In this document: positions 35,038 through 49,897 of the stretch, piece by piece | Layout of the letters: each line of letters starts with the position of its first letter | Position numbering within the stretch: the first letter of the stretch is position 1 | Assembly: GCA_039096225.1 (NCBI GenBank) | Contig: JBBPEB010000015.1 | Coordinates: forward strand, 124,001-188,000 | Direction: 5' to 3' | DNA: 64,000 bases | DNA from: Blastocystis sp. Blastoise | Lineage: Eukaryota > Protista > Bigyra: Opalinata | The notes under the pieces: model-generated | The model's database searches: none | The model's input: the letters and a program-made list of their open reading frames with translations, nothing else | What the model was told of the DNA's origin: nothing | Translations under genes and position numbers: made by a program

Positions 35038-35400
35038 ATAAATTTTCTATATTTATATATATTAATAGATAAACATATCTTTAACTTTCCTTCTCTTTAT
35101 TTTCAAGTATTTTTTGTTCTTTATATATACGACCATTCAATTAGTATTGAATATTTTTTTTATAGAACTATTTTCTTATTTTATATATTTTACTTTTTCT
35201 TTTGGGATATTTTGTCTTTGTTGTGTTATTCAGATTAGTTATGAACAGTTTTTTAAAAAAGAATCTATACATATGGACTCGTCAATAAACATAATTCCAG
35301 AAAACATACTATTGAAAAGATTGTATACATATTTTGTAAACAAAACAATAACACAAACAAAATGAAAAATAATATTTGAAATATAAATATAATAAGTAGA

Positions 35401-37609
35401 TTATTCAGGATAACTACCCATACGTTTCCGTTGAGATTCTTCATGATCTAAAGAGGAATTTTCTGAATATGTATCAATTCCTATTGGCCGTTTGACTGAT
35501 GATAAAGGAATATTAGAGGAATCTCGTGAATCTATTGGAGGGATTATTGATGTATTTATGTATAGAGAAGGGTTTGTATCTAAGGACAAAGTTGGCATAT
35601 ATGGATCATTATTAGTATTTGGAATAGGGGTTAATGGACTTGTTTTGGATGGAATTAAAGGTGATTGAATCTGATTATTTGCAGTAGTAGCATTTTGAGT
35701 ATGAAATGATTGAGATGAATTCACATATAGAAGAGAAGGAGAAGGATGAATTGTATCGTTCATTATAGATATAGAGGACTGAGGTAAAGATACAGGTTTA
35801 TTTGTATTTTTAGTTTTAATGGCATTTCTTACTCGAATTGGTTTTCTTATAGGAACAGATGATGTATATGATGAATAAATATCATTCTTAACATAGTTTT
35901 GTTGATTATTATTGTCAATATATTTAGAATCATCTAATGGAGGGACTATAGGAGGTACAGATGTATTCATGTTTTGATTATTATTAACTTGAGAAGGAAG
36001 AATAGAAGAAGATTTAATAGGAGAAGTATTATTATTATTATTAGTAGTATTATTAGTATTATTATTATTAGGAGCAGTAATAATAACAGTATCAGTATTA
36101 GGAAGAGGAATAGAACTATTTAACATAGATATAGAATACTGAGGATATGAATAAGAAGAAGTTGGCTGAATTGTACTGATTTCAGATGAATATATATTTC
36201 CTTCATTAAGTTCTCGAATGGTGCCTAAAATACTTGTAGAGGGCATGTGATCATTGGAAATACTATTTCTTATTAATGCCGCATAGGATTCATTATTTGG
36301 ATAGACAGTTGTAACGTGATTTTCATCCAATGGTTTTATTTGTGTTATAGGTGTTTCTTGTGAAACTGTAAATGATGAAGATGAATATAAATTATTATTT
36401 GTCACATATTGATTTGTAGGTGACGTAGAAAGAGAAGAATAATGAGGAATGTCTGCTTTAAGAGATGTCTCCTCATTATAGGGAATAGTGTTCTGATTGA
36501 TTGGCTGTTGTAGAGATGACGCCGATGAGGGTATAACGGCAGGTAATACATTGAGAATAGGTTGAGATACACTATTGTTATTATTCATATATACGTTATT
36601 TTCTATAGGTTTATTCTCTTGTATAACCAACGGTTGAGATACACTATTGTTATTATTCATATATATGCTTTTTTCTATTGGCTTATTCTCTTGTATAATC
36701 AACGGTTGAGGAGATATTATTCTATTTGAATAAGAACTGCTTACTATCCTTGGAGAATTGATGATAGTTGAGGATTCAGTGCAGTTTTGTGTGTTTATGT
36801 TGTTCGTTTCTTTGTTTATATTATTGTTGTTTTGTTTAGGAATATAAGAAATATTGGATACTACAGGAGTTGTAAGATTACTCTTTGCATTTCGGCATTT
36901 AATTACTTTCTTCGTAGGGGTTGCAGACTGTGTAGGTAGGGACGAGGATTGAAATGTTCCCAAATAAAGTGGAATATCATAATTATAGCTCTCATTATAG
37001 GATTGTATATATTGAGTAATATAATTGATTTGTTCCTTCCATAGATTGCCATGTCGATTATATATATCATATGTATTAGATAATAGAGATTGATTATCTA
37101 TATACTGAAGAACTCTTTTTATTGACATATAAGTCAATTTAATAGAATTTGGTGAAGAACCTTTATGTATTTCTTCTAATATTTGATCCAATAGTTGTGT
37201 GAGAATATCTGCAATTTGTAACGGAAAGATATGCATCCAATTAGAGATGATAGTAATATAAAAAGTAAAATATTTGATATCCATTGAAAGAAGTGCTTTA
37301 ACCGTGGTTATTTGAGGAACAAAGGAAGATATAAGTGGAGTAATATGTTTAAATACTGTAGCTACAACAAGAGGTAAAGATGTATTTAGTAGCGAGAGGT
37401 ATTTAGGAAGAAGAGGAAGGAGAGAAGAAGAAAACACAGGATCTTTGGTATATATAGAGTAGAAAATATCTCTAATGAGTAACATATATTATAGATATTA
37501 ATGCAATAATAAATTAGATATATAAATTATTAATTTATATAATAATATTTTATATAATATATAATGATATATGAATAATATTTTATATAATATATAATGA
37601 TATATGAAT

Positions 37610-37650
<41 letters not shown>

Positions 37651-38788
37651 CTTTAGATAGGAGAGGTAAAGAGAGTCTTGAAGAAGAGAGAATGATGCTG
37701 TTGGGAAATGAATTATATTCGCGGTAATTAGACTTGTATATAATGATATATACGTTGGGTATATTATTAAGGAAAGGGAATAGATAGAAAAAGTATTTAG
37801 AAAAAAGAAGAACAAGTTAAAAATGAGAAATATAAAGAGTATAAAGTAATAATGACTATATATATATAAGTAATAAAGAAAGGATATAGTGATATTGTCA
37901 ATAATAAATGTGATAAGCGTGGTGCTATAGGGCTCGAAGGAGGAAGGAGAGTAGGAGAAAAGGAAAGGAAAGATATATAATAAGAGATAGAGTGTTAGGG
38001 ATGTATCTATATATATATATGATGAGAGAATATATTTATATAGAATAGAAAAAATATACTTAAAAAATTATATAATAAATATAAATAAATAAATAAATAT
38101 ATATATACCAATATGATGATTATTGATTTCATACGCATTAAGTTCAGTAATATCTTTGATAATAATCTGTGGTAAATAAAAGTTATCACATGGTTTTGGA
38201 GTTTTTGATTGGTTAGAATCAAGTAATGACAATGACTCATCTCTATTATTCATATTATTGCTATTATTATTACTATTCATAATTCTCTTTAAAAATTGAA
38301 GATATATAGATAATTTGGTGAGTAATATTTGTTGTTTTTTCTCTGGATATTGAGATATACATAAGAAGTTGAAGAAGAAATAGAAATAATCGGAAATATC
38401 TGCATCCCAAGTAAAGGAATATATAGAAGAAATTGACTATATATAATAATACATTATAATCTATTCTATAGAGTATATTATAATATATTATATACAGTAT
38501 ATTATATAATATATATGTTATAATAGTATGTAAGAATATATAATATATAATAATATATACACTTTGATTCTCCTTTAAGAACTTGGCAAAAGGTTCAAGG
38601 AATAAATATACATATAAATAAAGTCGAATATGAAGATATTTACAGAATAAAATTTGTAGGAATGAAGTCACTTTGGCGTCTATAAATATATAGGAAATGA
38701 TTCATTATTATATAATATGTATAGCATAAAGAATAATAATCATCAGAAATAAACAAAAAATAATTAAAAATATTCTTTATATACCCAA

Positions 38789-38820
<32 letters not shown>

Positions 38821-41800
38821 ATTAATTAATTAATAAGTAAATAATAATAATACTATCTCAAATAATAATAAAATGCATACGATTCAGTTCAATAAGTTTG
38901 AAAAGGACATAATAATGGAAAGGGATATAATCATTAATAAGAGGAAATTTATTATAATATAAGCTTCTTAAAGAATAAAAGGGAGGAATATATTGATCAA
39001 ATTGATTCAATAACTCTATATATATATATAATATAAAATAATATATAAATAAATACCTTGTTGTATATCAGAATTATATATAGAAATTGACTCAATTATC
39101 TGTATATATGTATTGATTTGTGTCTCTAATTGTGTCTCTATTGTGTCTCCTGAAATATATTGGCATACATCCTGATATATCTTTATAATTCGTTTAATTT
39201 CTTCTCTATATATATGAATAATAGAATTCAATATATATATATATTTAAAAAATTTGACTCTAAAAAAATTAATTTTTTTAGAATACAAATATTGCTATAT
39301 ATAAATAAAATGTGATTAAATATTATATAAATTGTCCTAATTAATAAATAGAATATATAATATAATATAATATAATATAATATAATATAATATAATATAA
39401 TATAATATAATATAATATAATATAATATAATATAATATAATATAATATAATATAATATAATATAATATAACATAAAATAATAGCTTACTTTGTATTTTCA
39501 TCGATTCCTTCACTATCATTATATTCAGAGGCGGCAAAAGACAGACTATCTAAGGATTTCTCATTTTCAGACGAATTAATTGTGTTTGAAATGGACTGGA
39601 TCTGAGAGAATATAGAGGAATGTTGTGACGCCGCTGGTGAGGGACACGTGACATTCAGTGTATCCGATATAGTATTATTAGGTATATTATTATTATTGCT
39701 AGTAGTTTTAGTAATATCATTACTAATAGTATTTATACTATTATTCTTCATATGTATATTTGTAGAAGAGTATAAAGGTGTTATTGAATTAAAAAATGAT
39801 GTGTTCTTTAAGAATTTCGAAGGAGGACTAGTAGAGGGTTCAAGAGAGGGTGATTTATCGGGGAATAGAGATGGCGGGAGAGATGTAGCAGAGCGGGCAG
39901 AGAGGGTTGGTGAGGGAGTAATATTGAAAGAAGAATAAGGGGAAAGAAGAGATTGAGAGTTCTTAGAGACAGTAGGGATAGCGAGGGATCTTGAGGGGGA
40001 TGATGGAATAGTGTTTCCAGATTGTGTTCCAGAGATGACATTATTAAGGCTTCCACGTGATACAAGAAGTGGATGAGGTGATTGAAGAGGTGGGGGATTC
40101 AGTGAGGGTTTGGGGGGAAGATGAGATACAGTGGGTGATGTAGACAGCGCAAGAACTTTTTGAAATGGTAATGAAGACAGTGGAGTAGATATCTATATAT
40201 ATAGTAAATGATAATAAAGATAATATTAATAAAATTGAGTGATAATACAGATAATATTAATAAAAAGGAGTGAGAATAAAGATAGTATTAATAAAAAGGA
40301 GTGATAAATGTAAATATATATATTTAGAATCTACATTTAATATAGAATCATAAACAAAAAAAAAATATACAATTTCTTTTTTGATTTTGGTGATAAATTT
40401 ATTGAGTTGTTCTGGATGAAGTGATAATGAGTCTTGGATGCTGGATATATTAGAGGATAGAGACGTTAGAAACGTCAAAAAGTTATTTCTATAGAGAGCA
40501 AACAAGGGTGTTGACCTATATAAAGAAATGAATAGATATTAATAGCATAATAAATAGTATTAATATTTAGAGTAAAATAGAGGATAGAGAGAAGAATGAA
40601 ATAGTTTTATTTGATAAATATAGATTTACGTAGTTTAAAGAATAAAAACATTTAATATTGCGAATATAATATATAAATAAAATTGAAATATATGTAATAA
40701 AGAGTATATATAGAATAATTCATTTATATACTGATTTATAAATTTAATAAAAGATGGAACAAACAGAGGTGCTTCAGATGATAAATTTAATTTGAACTAT
40801 ATATATATATATATATATATTAATAGCAATGATATTCGATAAAAGTATGTACAAGAATAATAAAAGGACTGATAAACATGAAAATATCTTGAGTTTTGAA
40901 GACATTTGAAGAGAATATATCAATAAATAAAGCGAAGAACATATTATGAATATCTATATATATATAAATATTAAATAAGATTAGAATAAATTAATAAACA
41001 AAATGGATAAAATACCATTTTCTGAGAATTTATATTCATATAATTGAATAATAATCCATTTAAATATTCTCCAAGCATTGTTATTCAATTTTATACATGA
41101 AATAGTATTATCAACAGAAGGTGATGACGACGATAGTGTCATTAATACAAATCGAATCTAGAAGGGGATTATATATATATAAATATAAATTACATAGAAA
41201 TAAAATGATAGTAAATAAGATAAAATATATGTATATATATATATATAAATTATAAAGAAATAAATTCATAGTAAATAAAATATATACAATAGTGATAAAA
41301 ACATTAGGTTTATAGACTTTACGAATTAATGTTTTTTCAACAGTGTCTGAATAAGTCTGAATATCTTCATTGGGTTCACTATTGAGTATTTTCATGATAT
41401 ATGTATATATATCTGTATTTAAGTAAGGGTAAACAGAGGATGAAGATGGCTGAATATAATGAGATAGAAGATCCGATGCTATATATATATAATATTCTTA
41501 TAGGAGACATACTATTGTATATAAATACAGTTAATAATAGAATCATAATGATCTTGAAGTGGTTTATAATCTCGTAAATAATACATATAGATAAACTAAA
41601 TAGTAGAAATAAATATAATAATAATATGGTGAAGATCATAAATATATGAATTATCCTAATAATATAATATAAATATATAAAATAAAATAAATATACAAGA
41701 TCTCTTCCTGACTCATCGATTTGGTCTTTGTATTTCTTATATAGATAAAGGATAATTCCCGTTGTTTTTTCAAGTAACGAATGCTTTAATATATATAGAT

Positions 41801-42780
41801 CATATGCTCGTCTATAAAGCCACTATATATTAAGTATAATAATTATAATAATAGTAATAACATAACTATTTATTTATAAAATAAACTATATATATATACA
41901 CTAAAAAGGGACATGGCTCCTTTATCAGAGAGAACAATTGTGTTCTGATTCTCTTGTAGACATTTCAGAATCATGGTATTTAACCAGAATTGTGTATTTG
42001 AGTTATATCCAATATAAACCTAAAAGAATGTAAATCCATTAGAATAAAATATAAATAATAGTTAATAATATATATAAAAATAGATAGTTCACGATTGACG
42101 TATATTAATATCATAAAATAGTATGATAATTCGATATAGAATGATATACAAGATGTATAATATGAGATATAATGTTTGTGTGATCAAATGAATCATAATG
42201 AAGCAAAACATTTATTGAAGCTAATAACTATAATTTATATAGACATAAAATATATATATGAGAATAAAAAAATAAAAAAAAAAGTATTTATAAATTTTGC
42301 TTTAAAGATATATATATATATATATCTACTTGTTCTCGAGCAGATGAGACTAAATAAAAGAATGTATTGATACATTCTACAACTTTTTTGCTGAATAAAA
42401 CGAAGAATTGTTTGCTATCAATTTTCTTTATATATTCATCAAGTTTTTTCGAGTTCTTCAAGACATAATATCTATGAAATAAGAAATAAACAAAGAAAGA
42501 AACAAAATCAATACTGAAACGCCTTCAGAACCAACTCTTGACTTTTTAAATCTGTCAGGCATTCCTATACATAACGAAAAATATATACTATACATCAATA
42601 GAAATACTTGAAGAATGTCATCAAAAGATTTCTTGCTTTCTTTTGCTTTAAATAAGTTATAAGCCTTGATCATACCCTAAAAGAAATAGACATAGATATA
42701 AATAAATGAAATACATTTCCAAATTGACGGATTCCTTCTGTAGGATCACGGTATATTGATTCTATAGTATTGTTTTGCAT
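35401..42780 (-). CDS. Large hypothetical protein (helical - S/P-rich disordered - helical - long disordered tail), multi-exon
   Basis: ATG at 42780 (MQNNTIESIYRDP...). The 5' exons splice in frame, and there are long open exons at about 39.5-40.2 kb and 35.4-37.5 kb. No family recognised. Not every internal junction was verified. Confidence 0.6.
39356..39470. repeat. Intronic (TATAA)n microsatellite
   Basis: More than 20 consecutive TATAA units. Confidence 0.9.
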
Positions 42781-43258
42781 ATCAACACCTTATATATTTT
42801 GAAGTTTAACTAATAAAAACTGATTTAAATTCAAATTGTAAAAATGATTTATAAATATTTTTTGTTTGTTTGCATTTATAAAAATAATGTGAAAAAACGT
42901 GTTTTTAAATGTTTATTAAATGAATGAATGTATTCATGTCATTTAATTAGAGAACAAAAAACAAATGATTTTAATAATATCGAGAATTTCAAAAGATAAA
43001 TTTCAAAAGAAATAGAAAAAGATTTAGAAAATATATATATTGAGATATGAACAATAATATTTGGTACTATTATAATAAATAAAACACTCTTAATAAAGAA
43101 TTGACAGTGTTTTTAGTACCAACTATACAAAAAGAATATAAAAATGTTTTGAATGATTAAAAAGCTAATAAAATAAATAATTGAATAAATGATAATAATA
43201 ATAATTACTTCAATATATGGAAATTAGTAATAGAATTATAAACATATATAATTAATAT

Positions 43259-45260
43259 TTATTCAGTTTTATTATGATTGTTTTGTTCTTGTTCAACGAG
43301 AATAGAATCTTCTTTTTGCTTTTCTTGATTTTCAACAGTTATATATAAAGGTTCCACGGGACTATCCTTAGGAATCCATCCATCACGGAATATAATACTT
43401 CTATATATATAGTAACATAAAGAGATAATAATATATATATTTAAATATAATATAAATATAATAAAAATATAATAAAAATATAATATAAATATAATAAAAA
43501 TATAATAAATATAATATAAATATAATATATATATACACGCAAACACTAAGAGCAATGCCTACAACGATATCTACTGAATAATGTCTTCGATCCGCAATAA
43601 GTAAATAGATAACAAAGAACATATAAAGCCAGCAGAAGACATAAATAAGACGGCGATGTATAGAGAATGAAGGATATAATAGATTGTTAATATATATGTA
43701 TAGAACAAAAAATATTCTTAACAATATGAAAAGTGTGGATTAAATAACATATAAAAAAAATTATATGAATATATATATATATATATAGAATATGAAAAAG
43801 GATATAAGTATATAATTTCTTATCTAGGCATTTTAAGAAAGCAAATAAAGAGAATACAACACATGCAATATGTCCAGAAGGCACGAGATCGCCACATGTC
43901 TTGAAGGACATACCATGAGAGAAGGGCATTGTTGCTACTATATCAAAACCACTAGATATATAGACATAGAGATCTTTATTTTTATATATGAAAAGAAAGT
44001 TTATTATATAATATTACTAGCATTAGTAATATAATATAGGATAATTAAATAAATAATAAATATGATAATCAAATAAAACAATAGATCTCTTACGAGGCAG
44101 CAAATGTATATCCCGCGCCAATACGACAATGGCGGGCAGGTCCAGGAAGAGAAGTAACAGCGATACAAGCACCACGAATCTATATAGAAAAATATTTATT
44201 GAATATATATATATAATGATTATTCATATATAAATATATAATAAATAAATAATTAATATATAATTAATAAATAATAAATATATAATAAATATATAATAAA
44301 TATATAATAAATATATAATAAATATATAATAAATAATAATAAAAGCACAACATACTAAGAAAAAAACAGCAAATTCACGAATTGTCGAGTTTCCTAAAGC
44401 GACAATTTCCTTAATATTAAGACGAAGGGCAAGAACAAATAATCCATAAACAGGAACAACAGAGAAAACGTCACTAAATATATATATAAATATAATGTAT
44501 CCAAAATATATAACATATGAAAAATAAATAATAAATAATAAAAAATAATAAATAAAAAATAATAAATAATAAATAAAAAATAAAAATAATAAATAATAAA
44601 TGAAAAATAAAAAATAACTAATAATAAATAATAAATGAAAAATAAAAAATAATAAATAAAAAATAATAAATTAAATAAATTAAATAAAAAATAAAAAAAT
44701 ACCCTAATTTGACAAGAATATTAGATTCATCGAGTTCTGGAATATATTCAAATCCAATATCACGTAAAAGTTCACCTGATAAATGACGACTTGCAGCTAA
44801 ATTTGTCATGATTTCATTAAATATACTATATAGAATACATTATATTAGAAAAAACATAAATAAACACAAGTTAAGAATTCATTAAAAAAATATATAATTA
44901 CATACACACAGAAAATCAAGATGAATGCATTGACATATAATTCTTGAAAAGACTTATCAGAATGAGTATAAATGAATCCGAAAAAAATAACGTATACAAT
45001 ATAAGCTAAAGCTAAATAAGCTAATTTGACCCAAGAAGGTGTTTCAATAAATTTTACTGTATATTCCCAAAGAAGCAGAGTAGTAAAGAATCTATATATA
45101 TTAATAAGTTCTATTAATTACATAATAAAGTAATATATACAAAGCAATAGCAGAAAGACTAAACTTTCCCATGGCAACATAAGTTTCAAATCTAAAATAC
45201 AAAATGAAAATAAAATCACGATCGAATATACTTAGATTCTTCTTGTTTAGTTTCAGACAT
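43259..45260 (-). CDS. Sphingomyelin synthase / IPC synthase-like phosphotransferase (PAP2_C), multi-exon membrane protein
   Basis: LRDIGFEYIP, IRGACIAVTSLPGP..C, TCGDLVPSGH and IADRRHYSVDIVVG (SMS/IPCS conserved blocks with the catalytic H-H-D). Several hydrophobic segments. Confidence 0.88.
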
Positions 45261-45547
45261 ATCGATAAATAATTAAAAATATAATGAGAAATGAAATTAA
45301 AAAAAAAACATTCAACCCAACCTTTTTTTATGGATAAAAATGTTCGAATAGAATGAAATGAGAAACACATCCACATTAGGAGGATATTATTGGATACTCC
45401 GATGATTTAGCCAATAAAAGAACAGAATGTCTGTTTCTTATTCTATACAAAATTATGAAATATTCAGTGAATAACAAGAAATATTCATGGGGATCGATAG
45501 AAAGTCGTTGTCTTTTTAAAAGACGACGACTACCATAGGACTGACTT

Positions 45548-46096
45548 TAGAGATGGAACCTGTAATTACGCCGTTACAAATTACGCAAAAATGTGAAAAA
45601 TTTTGCGTAATTATCTGAAATTTTTCAAATTACATCCTATTACACGAATAACCGTGATTTTTATCTATAATTTTGTTATTTTTCTTAAAATAATTATTTT
45701 TTATCATATTGCTTGATTATTGCTTGATATTTTTGTATTATTTTCAAATGAGCAAACACATATTGATGTCTACTATACATGAATGTATTCAAAAGTTGGC
45801 GTGCTATGATGAGAAAACAAAATTATACACTTGTCCTATTTGCTCTATGAAACATCTTAGAAATTTTACACGTTATATTGATCATCTATCGAAAGAATAT
45901 ATTTATCATAAAGACACGCTATCTAGTACCAAAAATACATTATGTCAAACTGCATATAAGTTACGTATTCATCACGTTAACTTAGACATTGAGCAGGTTG
46001 ATCATCTAGGTGAATCTAATACTATGATACCAGTTGATAATGAAATGAGTGTTGATAGATTTTATGATGATCTATTGTGCTATTTTTTAACTACAA

Positions 46097-46141
<45 letters not shown>

Positions 46142-46791
46142 TACACCTTTTTCGCAAGTTGAGAACAAATACCTTATTCAAATGTTTAGTGATATTAACT
46201 CACAGTACAAGTTACCAAAAAGGCATTCGTTAAGTAACAGACACTTGGATAACACCTTCTATAAGATTTACGAAATAGTGGAAGAAAGGATTCGAAATGC
46301 AACTAGAGTATATCTATCATTTGATGGTATATATATTATTATATTATTATATTATTATATTTTTATAATATTATATTATTATAATATTATATTATTATAA
46401 TATTATATTATTATATTATTATATTATTATATTATTATATTATTATATTATTATATTATTATATTATTATATTATTATATTATTATATTATTATATTATT
46501 ACAGGTACAACTAATATAAATCAAGAGAAATTTCTAAATGTTGTTGCAATTATAGAACATAAGCCATATTTGTATTGCATATATAATGTTACATATTGTG
46601 GTGAGACATCAGATTCAATTGCATATGTTATATATGACTGTATGCTAAGAATAGGTGTGAATAAAGTCAAGGGAATAGTGTCTGATAATTGTGCCGCTAA
46701 TATATCAAGTCGTGAAAAACTTATTGAAAAAATCAGAAACGCTCAGAATCAATTAAGAAATAATAGTTCACAGATACCACAATATGAACCA

Positions 46792-46849
<58 letters not shown>

Positions 46850-48364
46850 GCTTTCATTATTTATATTAATTTATTTATACATATCGTTATTAGTTAAATT
46901 ATTTATATATATGTAGACACCAAAACTGATGATATGTCTAATGAAAATATACTGCCATTAGTTTCTTGTCATGATTCTTTCTGTAATAATATTAACGAAT
47001 TGTATTTTTTTGGATGTGCTTCACATATGGGAGAGCTGTTACTAGGTGACTTTATTAGTTCTGAAGACTTTCCTAGACACTATTATTCCCCAATGAATAT
47101 AGTTAATAAAGTTAATGCTATTTCTATATATTTTAAATATCATGTTGCTGATAGAGTTGAATTATGTATTGAAGCTGGTCATAACTATTGTGATAATACT
47201 CCTAAATTGTATTGCCCGACCAGATGGTGGTCAGAGTACTCTTCATTAAAATGGCTACTTGATCATAAAGATCAATTGCAAAATTATGGATCCAAACATA
47301 AAGAAGAAAAAAAATAAAGATTTTATTATTAGTCTAAACGATAATTCATTTTGGAAGTCTTGTGTTTCTATATTTGATATTCTAGTTATATGTAAAAATT
47401 CTGTTGAAAAGCTTGAAGCTAATGGATCTTCAATTTCAGATGTCTACTTTTATTATAAACAGTTTATACATGTTAGTAATGAATCTATGTATAAGGAAAT
47501 ATTTGATAGGTGTTTATCCAAAAGAAAATACTTTTATACTCACCAATTGTACATTTTGGCATATTACCTTAATATTCAACATAAAAATGAAATAATAAAT
47601 AATCCAGATGATGTGCAAGCTATAATGGAATATTTACAAGAATCAGATAATAGAGAGTTGTATTCATCATTTCTTAATTATGCACATAATGATGGAGTTT
47701 TCATACAAAATCAAATTATCAACTGCCTAAATTATAATAACAATAAGATGTACTGGCAGACTGTAAATTTCTTTGAGAAGAGCTTGTCTTCTCTAGCATT
47801 GCTACTTGATGATGCTCCTTCGTCGAGTGGTTTTTCCGAGAGAGTATGGTCACAGTTACTTCTTGTTCAAACTAAGCTTAGAAACCGTTTAAGTTTCAGT
47901 AAAACTGCAAAAATATTATTCATAAGATGTAATCTTCCATATGTTGATTCTTCTGAGTCTTCATTCATGAACAGTGATAATATCGATATTGATGAGCTTT
48001 TTAATCCCGAATAGACAATATTTAATAATACTCTTAACTTTCCATATAAATATTCTCCCAATTCTTATTTTATTTTATTTTATTTTTCATTATTTATGTA
48101 ATAAATGTATATATTATACCATAAAAGTGATATATGTTTTATATGATTTATTTTAGAGGTACATTTTCTTATAATGATTTGTTGACTGTTGTATTTGTGA
48201 CTAATAACTTCAATACTATTTCGAAAAAGCATGACTAATAATTATTTTAATTTATGTTAAGGCTAGGTACTTTTATCTTTAAAAAAATAAAAATGTAATC
48301 AAGCAGAAATTTTCAAAGAATTTCATTTTGTTTCAAGTGTAATTATGAAATTCTACCAACACTA
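45548..48364 (+). mobile_element. Full-length hAT-superfamily DNA transposon (2817 bp)
   Basis: Perfect 8-bp TSD ACTGACTT (45540-45547 and 48365-48372). Imperfect TIRs TAGAGATGG...CCAACACTA. Subterminal TAATTAC/GTAAT motifs and a 12-bp inverted repeat AATTACGCAAAA/TTTTGCGTAATT (45579-45612). Encloses a transposase gene. Confidence 0.93.
45748..48014 (+). CDS. hAT transposase (4 exons; one +1 frameshift at the A8 run 47307-47314)
   Basis: Introns 46097-46140, 46327-46504 and 46796-46916. BED-like CPIC...H, PFSQVEN, SFDG (D1), VSDN (D2), CASH (CxxH), PTRWWS, SERVWS (E) and KLRNRL dimerisation motif. Confidence 0.88.
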
Positions 48365-48891
48365 ACTGACTTCAATTATGATGAAGAATTGTTTTCTTTA
48401 AAAAGATAGACAACGAGAATGAATCTCAAGTTATATATGGGTTTTTAAACTATATTTCTGTTTATACCTTAGTTATATTTTTATTTCATGTTGATATTGC
48501 CATAGGTTCAGTTTCATGTACATGAATTTCAGGTTATAACTTACTTTAAAGTTCAGACACTGAGTTTAGAAACTAGTGTATTAAGAAATTGATTAATTTG
48601 ATTAGAATGAGAGTTTTATAATTTAATATTTATAATAAATTAAATCTTTCGTTGCTTTTCAAGTTGAGGATAGAGTGGAGATATTTAAAAAAACAATGTT
48701 AAAAAAAATTAGTTAACAAACAAAAATGATTCAAAAGACACTATTAGGAAAAGAGGAATAAAAAATAAAATAGAAAAAGAGAGCTAATATAACTTGAAAA
48801 AAAATAGAAACATGATAATATATAAAACAAGAAATTTTTTGGATTAAGAAGATGAAAACAGAAAAAGAATAAAAAAAAATATATATTTATT

Positions 48892-49355
48892 TTATGAATC
48901 TGAAAACAACCATTTAAAGTAATATAAAGTATCCCTATAGATACATATATAAACAAAGTAGAAATGATGAGAATAGAATAGTAAATTATATATAAATAAA
49001 TAATGAATTGAATAAACATACATAAAGTATTGATACCATGCTGTTATAGGTTCTGCATTATTTATTAATTGGCAATATAAATAAGAAGATTTATATTGAC
49101 CTTGTATATAATAAAAGTCTATAAAAATAGATAATGATTTTTAATAATATTGTATATAAAATAAATTGATGATTCTTGAAATTAGAAAAATATATAATAA
49201 TGTATATATAATAATAATATAATATATATATAATATATATAATATATATATACTACGAATGCATGCTAATTTTCGAAATCCATTTTTATTATAAAAATGA
49301 ATAGCTTCTTCATTAGACTCTAATACATGTAGAAATATCTATAAATAACATATAT

Positions 49356-49388
<33 letters not shown>

Positions 49389-49897
49389 CTCCAGCGCAAG
49401 TGGTTTTACATTTAGGAATTGATATAATTTGATGAATTAGTTCACTTCCTATATGAAGATGTTTATACTCAGGAATAACAGCTATATTCATTATATAAAA
49501 GATATCTTCAAATTGATAGGAGCATCGAATATAAGAATAAACATCTGTAAAGGTAGTTGGACGATACTGACAAATAATTGCTCCTATAATTTTCTAGAAA
49601 AAAAAAACATATATAAATATATATTATTATTATCATAGAAATATTAATTCTTTTAACAGCAAATAAAAAATTAAAATATCTTAAATAACAACTATATACC
49701 GACTCGTTTGTCTTTTGGTCTATTATTTCAGCAACATAGCTATATAATGAATTTTGTTCAAACCAGCCAATCTTTAAGGATTCATAAAATGCTTGTGGAT
49801 ATCGAATTGGATAAGCTTCCTCAAAGATAGATTTAATCTGTTGAACATCTTCTTCTTGAAGAGCACGATAATGAATTGTTGATAATGTCGATTCCAT
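48892..49897 (-). CDS. NAA60: GNAT N-terminal acetyltransferase, NAA60/NatF-like, multi-exon
   Basis: YPIRYPQAFY, FYIMNIAVIPEYKHLHIGSELI, IFLHVLESNEEAIHFYNKNGF and DFYYIQG, plus an aromatic amphipathic C-terminus. Confidence 0.75.
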
